Shown here piece after piece: positions 7,571 to 16,614 of a stretch of 54,202 bases of DNA. The notes under the pieces were generated by a model that worked only from the letters and a program-made list of their open reading frames with translations, did no database searches and was not told the DNA's origin. The position numbers and the translations under genes were made by a program. This stretch comes from a virus (lineage: Duplodnaviria > Caudoviricetes). The stretch spans positions 1-54,202 of the IMG/VR virus record IMGVR_UViG_3300036859_000099; one strand, 5' to 3'. Position 1 is the first letter of the stretch. Each line of letters starts with the position of its first letter.

Positions 7571-8248
7571 ATGCCTACCTTGCCTGACTTGAAGAACCGA
7601 CGCGCCCTAATGGCGATGGTCGTCGGGTTCTGCCTTGCCCTGATCTTCGTGACGGTGTTCTCGCCGAGGAAGGCGCATGCCGACGATAGCTGGACCGGCT
7701 TCGGTGCCGGTGTGCATGGCGGGTTGATGGATGCCGCGATTGCTCCGACGAGCTCGCCCATTGAGATCGGCTCCACCGGCCAGTTCGTCGGCGGCTCCGC
7801 CTTCGGCAACTATCAGATGGGCTCCATGGTGATCGGCGCTTTTGTCGACTACGACCGAGCCCTTGGCGATCTGAAGACACTCGGTCTCGTCGACTTCTGG
7901 ACGGTCGGAGGCCGGGTCGGCTTCTTGCCCGTCAGCAATACCCTGCTCTACAGCCACAGCGGCTGGAGCCGGTTCAACGTTGACGGCCTCGGCCACCTCA
8001 ATGGTTGGAACCTCGGCGCCGGCATAGAGGTCAAGATCGCCAAGAACGCCAGCATCGACATGCGCTACACGCACACATGGCTGGACGTGAAGGACGTGGC
8101 TGGCCCTGGCGTCGATGCACGCGGGGATTCGATCCGCATCGGTCTCAACCTCGCCCTCTACAAGGAAGGCAAGGTGTCGATCTTCGACGACGGCCCGGCG
8201 CCTGTTTCCAAAGCGTGCGATCCGAAGATGGCCAACTGCAGGAAGTAA
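7571..8248 (+). CDS. Outer-membrane beta-barrel protein, Omp25/Omp31/RopB-like
   Basis: Signal peptide (AHA-DD); SWTGFGAG, GGRVGF, GWNLGAGIE and MRYTH amphipathic strands. Confidence 0.85.
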   Translation: MPTLPDLKNRRALMAMVVGFCLALIFVTVFSPRKAHADDSWTGFGAGVHGGLMDAAIAPTSSPIEIGSTGQFVGGSAFGNYQMGSMVIGAFVDYDRALGDLKTLGLVDFWTVGGRVGFLPVSNTLLYSHSGWSRFNVDGLGHLNGWNLGAGIEVKIAKNASIDMRYTHTWLDVKDVAGPGVDARGDSIRIGLNLALYKEGKVSIFDDGPAPVSKACDPKMANCRK

Positions 8249-8254
8249 CCCCAT

Positions 8255-8376
8255 CCCAGCGTTTGGACCCCTGCTCTTGACGATCATCTCCTCACCCGAT
8301 TGCTGAGCTGGGTGCGTCCGAATCTTCAAGAGTTAGAGGCGGGTCTTTCACGTTCAACCGCTGTCCAAGCGCTGGG
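8255..8376 (+). ncRNA. Candidate structured intergenic RNA
   Basis: 14-bp outer stem (8255-8268/8363-8376), inner stem 8273-8280/8326-8333 and two further hairpins; G-U pairs favour the plus strand. Confidence 0.4.
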
Positions 8377-8411
8377 TACTCATGGAAAGCTAAACTAAGC
8401 TAGAGGCACTG

Positions 8412-8669
8412 ATGCGTTTCTCCGATGCGAAGCTTACCAAGCTGGAAAAGCAATTGGCCGACGCCGACAAGTTGGTCATCTACCGGCAAGCGGAGGTCGG
8501 ACAATTGAAGGCCAAGCTTGCGCAGAGAACCGACGATTACAGGCTGAGAGATGCCGACATCTTGGAACTCGCCCGAGCCGCCTGCGAGATCAGACAAGGC
8601 GACGCTTTCGGGCTTCGCCGGCTGGAGGAATTCATGGACAGTCTTGAGCCGCGGTGGAGGTCAATGTGA
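8412..8669 (+). CDS. Hypothetical coiled-coil protein
   Basis: GAGG RBS; in operon. Confidence 0.6.
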   Translation: MRFSDAKLTKLEKQLADADKLVIYRQAEVGQLKAKLAQRTDDYRLRDADILELARAACEIRQGDAFGLRRLEEFMDSLEPRWRSM

Positions 8670-8884
8670 GACCTGCCACCAAGCGCCGCCTATCCGTCAC
8701 CGACGAACTCCGACGCGAGCTCCTAAAAGAGCGCCAGCGCAACGAATGGCTTCAGCGCCAGCTCGACGTAGCCAGAAGGCGAAACGAGCAGTTGCAATAC
8801 GAGGCGAGGCTGCGCTGGGCAGCGGGGATGGCCGAGGACGCGGTCGCCCACAAGCTGCTGCGCGATAAGTCATGGGGGCACTGA
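8654..8884 (+). CDS. Hypothetical coiled-coil protein
   Basis: Overlaps both neighbours. Confidence 0.55.
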   Translation: MEVNVRPATKRRLSVTDELRRELLKERQRNEWLQRQLDVARRRNEQLQYEARLRWAAGMAEDAVAHKLLRDKSWGH

Positions 8885-9102
8885 TGCGAATGATCAAGCT
8901 TTTACTAGCTGCCGGTCTCATCTTTGGCGGTGGCCTTGGAGTGCTAATGAACATCATCGATGCCACCCTCACGCTGGGCATCCTTTGGTCAAATGGGTGG
9001 GGTGACATGATGACGTTCATGGTGGATGCGCCCAAGGCCACTTTCACTCAGCTAACGGCAAGCATACAGCTCGCCTTGGCATACCTGATAATCATCAAAT
9101 GA
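8884..9102 (+). CDS. Small membrane protein
   Basis: Two hydrophobic segments; TGATG coupling. Confidence 0.6.
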   Translation: MRMIKLLLAAGLIFGGGLGVLMNIIDATLTLGILWSNGWGDMMTFMVDAPKATFTQLTASIQLALAYLIIIK

Positions 9103-9109
9103 GGCGGAG

Positions 9110-9304
9110 ATGAAAGCCAACAATGCGCTATCCGATGTCGCCTATGCACGCGTGCGGGTTGCCCTTGAAAAGGTCCGCTCCTACGCGCAGCACAACGGGA
9201 TGTTCCCAGACGGTATCACGAAGCGCCAGATGATGGCCGACGTAGAGGACATCGCACGTGACGGCCTCGGGCTGCCAAAAGCAAACCGCGTGCAATTCAA
9301 ATGA
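9110..9304 (+). CDS. Hypothetical protein
   Basis: GAGG RBS. Confidence 0.55.
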   Translation: MKANNALSDVAYARVRVALEKVRSYAQHNGMFPDGITKRQMMADVEDIARDGLGLPKANRVQFK

Positions 9305-9444
9305 AGCTCACCGGCATCCGCGTTCCCGGCATGAGGATCAAGGACGGCAAGCTCGTCAAGGACGAGAGGCGTTACGACGTAGCAACGCAGATCAAGCGGC
9401 GACGGGGGTCGAAGAGGGTGCGCGTGAAGAGGCCGAACGCATGA
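9301..9444 (+). CDS. Small basic protein (MKLTGIRVPGMRIKDGKLVK...)
   Basis: 47 aa, ATGA-coupled, phage-like codon usage. Confidence 0.5.
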   Translation: MKLTGIRVPGMRIKDGKLVKDERRYDVATQIKRRRGSKRVRVKRPNA

Positions 9445-9487
9445 TTCGCGCTGGAAGTCAATAGCTCTTCTCGGCAAGTGCATAACC

Positions 9488-9503
9488 TGTTCCACGTGAA
9501 ACA
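9488..9503. promoter_or_regulatory. parS: parS-like site TGTTCCACGTGAAACA
   Basis: Matches the bacterial chromosomal parS consensus TGTTNCACGTGAAACA; lies in an AT-rich intergenic region. Confidence 0.75.
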
Positions 9504-9612
9504 CAGTTTGATATCCACAAGAATCAACAACTGCCAACAGACATTACTCTTGCGTGGCTCTGAGGATCATGGCAGTGACGCTCTTGTCAAAGTCTGATCA
9601 AGAGGACGAAAA

Positions 9613-9819
9613 ATGGCTCAGCCCCTTCCAACCAGCATTCCCGACCCCGAGGACGATCCAGGGTTGACGGCGAGGATTTTCATGGCCGTGACACCGGCCC
9701 TGCTTGCAGAGATTGACGATTACAGATTTGCCAATAGATACAAGTCGCAAAGTGCTGCAATTCGCAAACTGTTGCAACTCGGGCTGCGTGCGGCGGCGTG
9801 GGAAGCCAAGAAGAAGTAG
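9613..9819 (+). CDS. Ribbon-helix-helix (CopG/Arc-like) regulator
   Basis: RIFMAVTPALLAEIDDYRF...SQSAAIRKLLQLGL; GAGGA RBS. Confidence 0.8.
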   Translation: MAQPLPTSIPDPEDDPGLTARIFMAVTPALLAEIDDYRFANRYKSQSAAIRKLLQLGLRAAAWEAKKK

Positions 9820-9970
9820 CCCTTCCGTTCCAGTGCTTCCAGTCCAGTGAGCGTTCCGTGTCCACCGCCGGCATGCCGGCCAGCAGGGAGGGGGAGCGCT
9901 GCAATTCCAATTGATCCTAGCCTGAGCAGCCGCGGTCGCTTGGAACCATGCGCTCCCCTTATGACTCAGT

Positions 9971-10276
9971 ATGGCGAATGACGAGCTGTCCAGCAACGGG
10001 CAGACGAGAAACGAGCAGATCATTCGGGCTTTTGCACGGCAGTTCACGCCGCCGCTGCCCGTCGTGGCCACCATGAAGATCAACAATGTACCGGCTCGCG
10101 ATGGCTGGATGTCTTCGTGGTGGAGCGAGGACCGCGGGCTGGGCATCACGGCCGTCGTGCACGGGCCTGGCCTACTTCATGCATTCATCGAAGCATCCGG
10201 CGAGAGCGACCCTGAGGACGCTGCCGAGACCGGCAAGGTCATGGCCAAGGCCCTAGGCAAGACGGGGCCTGCCTGA
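9971..10276 (+). CDS. Hypothetical protein
   Basis: Coupled to terS (TGATG). Confidence 0.55.
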   Translation: MANDELSSNGQTRNEQIIRAFARQFTPPLPVVATMKINNVPARDGWMSSWWSEDRGLGITAVVHGPGLLHAFIEASGESDPEDAAETGKVMAKALGKTGPA

Positions 10277-10584
10277 TGCCGGCCAAGATTGAAAAGATTG
10301 AAAGAAAGCCGGACGGGCGCACCAAGAACGGTGGCGCCAGGTCGGGAGCCGGCCGAAAGCCGCGTGGTCCCGGCAAGGTGAAGTTTGATTTGAGGATGGC
10401 GGCTCAGGACTACAGCGTGGCTGCCCTGGCCACGCTAGCTGCCATCGCGGCAGACACGGAAGCTCCGCATGCAGCTCGCGTAGCGGCGTCCAATGCGCTG
10501 CTCGACCGCGGCCACGGCAAGCCCGTCCAGGCCATCGAGGGCAAGGGTGACGATGGCCAGCTGGTCATCAGGATCGTGAGCTAG
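10276..10584 (+). CDS. Terminase small subunit (putative)
   Basis: GGARSGAGRK and ARVAASNALLDRGHGKP motifs; directly upstream of terL. Confidence 0.8.
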   Translation: MPAKIEKIERKPDGRTKNGGARSGAGRKPRGPGKVKFDLRMAAQDYSVAALATLAAIAADTEAPHAARVAASNALLDRGHGKPVQAIEGKGDDGQLVIRIVS

Positions 10585-10587
10585 CGG

Positions 10588-12024
10588 ATGGAAATTGAGC
10601 TCCCCCCCAATGGCTGGCGTCCGCGCGCGCATCAGCGCAACCTATGGCGCTACTTCAAGGGCTCAGACGGCAAGACGTTCGACGGCACAGATAAGCGCGC
10701 CGTCGAGATCGCGCATCGCCGCTGGGGCAAGGACGAGATTGCCATGCAACTTGCCGCCCAGGCTGGCGTGGTCCGCCCTGCAACGTACTGGCACATGCTG
10801 CCGGAGTACGAGCAGGCCCGCAAAGCCATCTGGACATCCGTCAATCCCCACACGGGCATCCGCCGCATCGACGAGATGTTCCCCGCCGAGTGGAGGTCCA
10901 ACCTCGATGATCGCGGGATGTTCATTCGCTTCAAGTGGGGCGCGACATGGCAGGTCGTTGGCTCCGATAATTTCAGGTCTCTGGTCGGCACGCCGCCGGC
11001 GGGCATCGTGCTTTCGGAGTGGAGCAAGGCGCACCCTGGCGCATGGGCCTACCTCGCGCCGATCCTGGCCGAGAACCATGGCTGGGGCCTGTTCATTACC
11101 ACGCCAGAAGGCCGCAACCACGCGCAAAAGACCTACGAGCTTGGCCGCTCCGACGCATCGTGGTTTTCGGAGCTGCAGACCATCGAGGACTCCATCAGGC
11201 TCTGCCAGGCTGCCGGCGAGCCGCCGCCGATGACGCTAGATATGGTCGAGCAGCAGCGCAAGGAGTACCACGGCATCTATGGCACCGATGCCGGCGACGC
11301 CATGATCCAGCAGGAGTTCTGGTGCTCGTGGTCGGCAGCCATCCTCGGCGCCTATTGGGGACGGCAGATCGAGGCCGCCGAGCACGCCGGGCGCATCTGC
11401 GAGCTGAGCGTCATTCCCGGTCTGCCCGTGCATCGCGCGTGGGACATCGGCATCGACGATCCGATGGCCATCTGGTGCTACCAGATCGGCCCCGGCTGGC
11501 TGCACATCGTCGACTATATCGAGGGCAGCGGTTACGGCTTCGATTGGTACGCCGGCGAGCTGCGCAAGCGCGGCTATCTCGAGGACAAGCGCGGGACGGA
11601 TCGTGTTCCGCACGATGCCAAGCAGCGCGAGCCCGGTGCCAAAGGCCGTACCCGCATCGAGAGCATGGTCGCTGAGGGCCTGAACCCGCTGTTGGTTCCC
11701 GACCACAAGCCAATCGACCGCGTCAACGCCGGCCGGCGGCTCATCGCCATGCCGCACGTCTATTTCGACGAGACGCGGTGCGCCCAAGGCCTCGAATGCC
11801 TGCGTAACTTCAAGGCCAAGTGGGACCCCATCAACCGCACGTTTCAGAAGCAAGCAACACATGATTGGGCCTCACATGGCAGCGATGCCTGGGGCCATCT
11901 GTGCGTCGCCGTCGAGTTCCCGATCAAGAAGCCAGAGCCAGAAAAGTTCAAAGGCGTCGTTCCGCGTCCGCTCACAGTCAATGACCTGCTGAAGGCCAGC
12001 AAGCCGGCACGCAAATGGGAATGA
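10588..12024 (+). CDS. terL: Terminase large subunit
   Basis: AHRRWGKD Walker A, LSEW Walker B, ITTPEGRN, RAWDIGIDD and HGSDA nuclease motifs. Confidence 0.95.
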   Translation: MEIELPPNGWRPRAHQRNLWRYFKGSDGKTFDGTDKRAVEIAHRRWGKDEIAMQLAAQAGVVRPATYWHMLPEYEQARKAIWTSVNPHTGIRRIDEMFPAEWRSNLDDRGMFIRFKWGATWQVVGSDNFRSLVGTPPAGIVLSEWSKAHPGAWAYLAPILAENHGWGLFITTPEGRNHAQKTYELGRSDASWFSELQTIEDSIRLCQAAGEPPPMTLDMVEQQRKEYHGIYGTDAGDAMIQQEFWCSWSAAILGAYWGRQIEAAEHAGRICELSVIPGLPVHRAWDIGIDDPMAIWCYQIGPGWLHIVDYIEGSGYGFDWYAGELRKRGYLEDKRGTDRVPHDAKQREPGAKGRTRIESMVAEGLNPLLVPDHKPIDRVNAGRRLIAMPHVYFDETRCAQGLECLRNFKAKWDPINRTFQKQATHDWASHGSDAWGHLCVAVEFPIKKPEPEKFKGVVPRPLTVNDLLKASKPARKWE

Positions 12025-12030
12025 CGCACA

Positions 12031-14418
12031 ATGGCAAACGATCAATCACTCTATGGTGCCGGCACCACCTCGGACGATACCCAGCGTGCGGCGCTCGCCG
12101 GCGGCCAGAAAAAGCCGGTAGCTGACAAGCCGAAGAAAAATGAGCTGGCAGCCAAGTACTGGCGTGAGATCGAGCGCTACAACCGCTCGGTCTCCGAATG
12201 GCACGAGGAAGGCGAGACCATCGAGAAGGTCTACCTCGATGAGATGCGCACCAGCAACGACACGCGCCGCTTCGCCCTGCTGTGGGCCAACATCGAGACG
12301 CTGAAGCCGGCTGTGCATGCCAAGCTGCCGACCGTGATGTGCGCGCGCCGCTACAAGGATCGCGATCCTGTCGGCCGCGTCGCCGCCGAACTGATGGAGC
12401 GTGCCACCAATACCTCGTGGGACCTGTATGGGGCCGACGAAACGTTCAAGATGATGCGCGACGACCGCCTGTTGCCGGGCCGTGGACAGGGCTGGGTGCG
12501 CTATGAGGCGGTGATCGAGCGCACCGAGGACGAGGTCGCCGTCGTCGACCCCGTGACCGGGGCCGAGACGATCGAGGTCCAGGTGCGTGAGAAGCTGAAG
12601 TCCGAGAAGGTGTGCAACGACTATGTGCACTGGCAGGATTTCGGCCACAACGTCTCGCGTACATGGCAAGAGGTGTGGCTGGTCTGGCGCATCGTCTACA
12701 AGACGCAGGAGGAGGCGATCGAGCGCTTCGGCTCCGAGAAGGCGTCGAAGCTCAAGTACAACGCCAAGGCGCCGATGAGCGCCGGGGCCTATGACGGCAC
12801 GGCCGCAGAGGAGGCAGAAGACAGCCGCTGCAAAATCTATGAGCTGTGGGACAAGATGCGCGGGCTCACGTCCTGGCTGGCCGAGGGGCAGAAAGACCAG
12901 TTTCTGGAATCGGGACCGCCGCCGATCGACTTCCGCAACGGCTTCCCGTGCCCGGAGCCCTGCTATGCCACCAAGACCAGCAAGCAGCTGATCCCGCGCC
13001 CCGACTATCGCTACTACCGGGATCAGGCCAAGGAGATTAACGACCTCACCGACAAGATCGGCCGACTGACGCAATGGCTGATCGTCAAGGGCTTCGTGCC
13101 CGGCGGCCCGTCGACCGTTGCCGACCCGATCGAGGAAGCGCTGCGCGACAAGACCAACGCCGAGCTGTTCGTGCAGGTGGACAGCTGGAAGGAGTGGACC
13201 GATCGCGGTGGCTCTAAGGGTTTGGTCGACTGGCTGCCGATCGAGGCCGTGGTCAAAGCTCTGCAGGCGGCCATCCAGGCCCGCAATCAGCTGATCCAGG
13301 ACGTGTTCCAGCTGACCGGCATCAGTGACATTCTCCGCGGTCAGACCGATCCCAACGAGACGTTGGGCGCGCAGGAGCTGAAGGCGCAGACCGGCTCGCG
13401 CCGGCAGAAGAACATCAAGGATGACATCGCCCGCTGGGGCAAGGACATGGCGCTGCTCAACGCCGAGGTGATCGCCGAGAAGTTCGAGCCGCAGTCGATC
13501 GCCGAGATCACCGGCTTCAAGTACGTGCCGACGCCGCCCATGCAGCCGATGCTGATGCTGCCAAGGCCGGGAGCGCCCATGGGCATGCCGACGCCAGGCA
13601 TGAGCCCGATGGGGCAGCCGGCTCCCGGCATGATGCCCATGCCTTCGCCCATGCAGCCTCAGCAACCCAATCCCATGATGGGCAACAACGGCGGCCCGCC
13701 CATGGACGACGAGGACGATAGCCTGACCTTCGGCGACGAGGTCATGGCCCTGCTGCGCAACGACAAGATGCGCTCGTTTCGCATCGACGTGGAGACCGAC
13801 CAGACCGGCCAGGCCGACGAGAACCTCGAGAAGCAGCGCCGCACCGAGCTGCTGAATGTGGTGGGCGGCTTCATGCAGAAGTCCGTGGAGGTTGTGGCTC
13901 AGGTTCCCGAGTTCGGCCCGGTCATCAAGGAAATGCTGATGATCGCCATGCGCGGGTTCAAGACCGGCAAGACGCTTGAAGACACGTTGGAGCGCGGCTT
14001 CAAGCAGGCGATGGCGTCTGCGCAAGCAGCGCGGCAGCAAGCTCAGCAGCAGGGCGACCCGAAGCTGATCGAGGCCAAGGCCGAGCACGCCCTGAAAGTC
14101 GAGACCGCCAAGGCCGACATGCAGCTGTCTCAACAAAAGCAGCAAGGCGATATGCAATTGGCTGCAAGAAAACAGCAAGCCGACACGCAATCGCAGATGC
14201 ACAAGCATCAACTCGACGCCTCGGCGCGAACTGAGGCGGCTAGAACCGATGCACAATTGGCGACACAAAAGCAACAGACCGACGCAATGTTGGAAGTGCG
14301 CAAACAAGACCTTGACGCGCAGGCCGAACACAGGCAGCAGAACCTAGCCGCCGCTGCTCGGGCGCGCGAGAACGCCGAGAAACTTCTCGACTCTCGCCAG
14401 TCGGGCACTGTGCAGTGA
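12031..14418 (+). CDS. Portal protein with C-terminal coiled coil
   Basis: Follows terL; TGISDILRG...ETLGAQ motif; Q/A-rich C-terminal helix. Confidence 0.88.
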   Translation: MANDQSLYGAGTTSDDTQRAALAGGQKKPVADKPKKNELAAKYWREIERYNRSVSEWHEEGETIEKVYLDEMRTSNDTRRFALLWANIETLKPAVHAKLPTVMCARRYKDRDPVGRVAAELMERATNTSWDLYGADETFKMMRDDRLLPGRGQGWVRYEAVIERTEDEVAVVDPVTGAETIEVQVREKLKSEKVCNDYVHWQDFGHNVSRTWQEVWLVWRIVYKTQEEAIERFGSEKASKLKYNAKAPMSAGAYDGTAAEEAEDSRCKIYELWDKMRGLTSWLAEGQKDQFLESGPPPIDFRNGFPCPEPCYATKTSKQLIPRPDYRYYRDQAKEINDLTDKIGRLTQWLIVKGFVPGGPSTVADPIEEALRDKTNAELFVQVDSWKEWTDRGGSKGLVDWLPIEAVVKALQAAIQARNQLIQDVFQLTGISDILRGQTDPNETLGAQELKAQTGSRRQKNIKDDIARWGKDMALLNAEVIAEKFEPQSIAEITGFKYVPTPPMQPMLMLPRPGAPMGMPTPGMSPMGQPAPGMMPMPSPMQPQQPNPMMGNNGGPPMDDEDDSLTFGDEVMALLRNDKMRSFRIDVETDQTGQADENLEKQRRTELLNVVGGFMQKSVEVVAQVPEFGPVIKEMLMIAMRGFKTGKTLEDTLERGFKQAMASAQAARQQAQQQGDPKLIEAKAEHALKVETAKADMQLSQQKQQGDMQLAARKQQADTQSQMHKHQLDASARTEAARTDAQLATQKQQTDAMLEVRKQDLDAQAEHRQQNLAAAARARENAEKLLDSRQSGTVQ

Positions 14419-14900
14419 AGGCGGTTCCCCTTACAACTGAGCGTCTCCGCGAAGTCCTGGATTATGATCCAGTGACGGGCATCTTCCGTTGGCGTGCGAA
14501 CCGCTTCCGCACGCGGATAGGGGAAGTGGCAGGCTACGACGCGCACGGCTATCTCAAGATCAGGATAGATCGCCGCAACTACCTGCTACACCGCCTTGCC
14601 TGGCTGTATGTGCATGGATGTTGGCCAGTGGGACAGATCGATCATCGCGATCTCAACCCAGCCAACAACGCCATAAGCAATCTCCGAGATGCGACTCACG
14701 CGCAGAACAAGCAGAACTCAAGAGGGCTGCGCGGAGACGGGCTGAAGGGCGTTCGGCTCAGTCACGGCAAGTGGCAGGCGTCGATAAGGGTCAACGGCCG
14801 TAGGCTTCACCTCGGGACCTTCAGCGCGCCTGAATCTGCTCGCGCCGCCTACGTCGCCGCGGCTTCCAAGCACCACGGCGAGTTTGCGAGGGTGTCATGA
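14415..14900 (+). CDS. HNH-AP2 homing endonuclease
   Basis: YDPVTGIF, HRLAWLYVHG, IDHRD..PANNAISNL, AP2-like KWQASIRVNGRRLHLGTF. Confidence 0.92.
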   Translation: MKAVPLTTERLREVLDYDPVTGIFRWRANRFRTRIGEVAGYDAHGYLKIRIDRRNYLLHRLAWLYVHGCWPVGQIDHRDLNPANNAISNLRDATHAQNKQNSRGLRGDGLKGVRLSHGKWQASIRVNGRRLHLGTFSAPESARAAYVAAASKHHGEFARVS

Positions 14901-15316
14901 GCAAGGTGCAGCCAGGCTCGTGGGTCTATGATCGTGATCTTCAGTCTCTCGTGCCGAAGTACGGGCGAAACTACTTCGAGCAGAACGAGAAGCGCTCGGA
15001 TTTGCCGTGCCCGGCGATCCGGCCAGACAGCATGCGCCCCATCAAGAGCATGGCCGATGGCCGGGTCTACGATGGCAAGTCGGCTTACTACAAGAGCGTG
15101 GCGCGCGCCGGTTGCGAGATCGTCGGCTTCGACAAGCGTTGGCAGGAGCACATCAAGGCCCCGCAGCCCTTCGGCGGCGAGAAGGCGCATGAAGCCGACC
15201 TTGTGCGCGACGTGAAGGCAGCTACCGAGATCGAGCAGTCCAAGGTTCCGAGCTACGGCCCGGAAGCCCGCCGACTGATGCGCAAACAGAAGCGTGCCGC
15301 GAGGTCGAGCAAATGA
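14897..15316 (+). CDS. Hypothetical head-region protein
   Basis: SMADGRVYDGKSAY motif; lies between portal and scaffold. Confidence 0.7.
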   Translation: MSKVQPGSWVYDRDLQSLVPKYGRNYFEQNEKRSDLPCPAIRPDSMRPIKSMADGRVYDGKSAYYKSVARAGCEIVGFDKRWQEHIKAPQPFGGEKAHEADLVRDVKAATEIEQSKVPSYGPEARRLMRKQKRAARSSK

Positions 15317-16596
15317 TGCGTGACGACGACAAAGACAGGAACTATGACAGCGTCGCCGACGACGCTGCCGACGCCTATCGCGAGGTGATGGAGCGCACGC
15401 AATCCGAGCTGATTGCCCCAGCGCGCGCTGACCGGAGCGGCGAGTCGATCCAAGCCGATGATCCCGCTCCGGTCAGCAAGACGGCAGACCCCGCAACCCC
15501 TGCCGCCAATGGCAAGGAGCGCGCGCCGGCACCGGCGGCCCGCGACGACAACCGCGACGACAAGGGCCGCTTTGCCTCCAAGGACGGCCGGCCTGCCGAG
15601 CCCGCAGTCAAGCGGCCCGAGAAGGCCGCGGCACAGCCGACGCCGGTCGACAAGGCCAGCAAGCCGGAGGATCAAGCGAAGCCCGAGGCAACGCCGGTCG
15701 CCGGCGCGCCGCCGCCGTCGTTCTCCGTCAAGACCAAGGCCGAGTGGGACAAGCTGCCCGAGCACGTGCGTGCGGATATCGTCAAGCGCGAGACGGAGAT
15801 GCAGACCGGCCTCTCTGCGCTTCGCGACTACAAGGATCTGAAGCCGTGGTCGGATATGGCAGCCCAGCACGGCACCACCATTGGCAAGGCGCTGGAGCAC
15901 TACACCGGCCTCGAAAACATCATGCGCCGCGATCTGGCGCACGGCATGAAGATCATCGCCCAGAACTTCGGCTACAGCCAGGCGCAGGCTGCGGAGTTCT
16001 TCGGCAAGCTCGGCGCTCAGCTCGGCGGGGCCGCCCCCAACGGCCAGGCCGGGGCGGCCTCCCAGGCGCAGGGCCAGCCCGGCGTGGAGCAGGATCCGCT
16101 GCTGGAGGTGCTGCGGCCCATCCTCGGGCCCGTCATGCAGGAGATCAGTGGCCTCAAGAGCCAGCTGGCGACGCGCCAGAGCATGGAACGCAACGTCGCG
16201 ACCAAGACGCTCGGCGAGGCCATCGAGAAATTCTCCTCCGATCCCGCCAATAGGTTCTATGCGGACACCGAGGAAACCATCACGCGCCTTTTCGAGACGG
16301 GCATGGTGCCGCTGACCGGCAACCATCAGGCCGATCTCAAGAAGGCCTACGATCTTGCGCTCAGCATGAACCCTGAAATCCAACAGGCGCTCATCGACCA
16401 GCGACTCGCGGAAGCCAGGGAAGCCGAGCGGAAGAAGGAGCAAGAGGCAGCCGACAAGGCGAAGGCTGCCTCTCGCTCCATAACCGGCTCGCGGGCTCCC
16501 GGCACGGTCATCAAAGACCGTGAGGGGAGCACGCTGGGCTACGACGACATCGAGGCCGACGTGCGCAAAGCCTACCGCATGCACACGCAGGCCTGA
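15313..16596 (+). CDS. Scaffolding protein
   Basis: RDDKGRF and PPSFS..KAEWDKLP motifs; charged coiled coil; directly before the capsid gene. Confidence 0.82.
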   Translation: MMRDDDKDRNYDSVADDAADAYREVMERTQSELIAPARADRSGESIQADDPAPVSKTADPATPAANGKERAPAPAARDDNRDDKGRFASKDGRPAEPAVKRPEKAAAQPTPVDKASKPEDQAKPEATPVAGAPPPSFSVKTKAEWDKLPEHVRADIVKRETEMQTGLSALRDYKDLKPWSDMAAQHGTTIGKALEHYTGLENIMRRDLAHGMKIIAQNFGYSQAQAAEFFGKLGAQLGGAAPNGQAGAASQAQGQPGVEQDPLLEVLRPILGPVMQEISGLKSQLATRQSMERNVATKTLGEAIEKFSSDPANRFYADTEETITRLFETGMVPLTGNHQADLKKAYDLALSMNPEIQQALIDQRLAEAREAERKKEQEAADKAKAASRSITGSRAPGTVIKDREGSTLGYDDIEADVRKAYRMHTQA

Positions 16597-16614
16597 CCAC
16601 AGGAGACTACGGAG

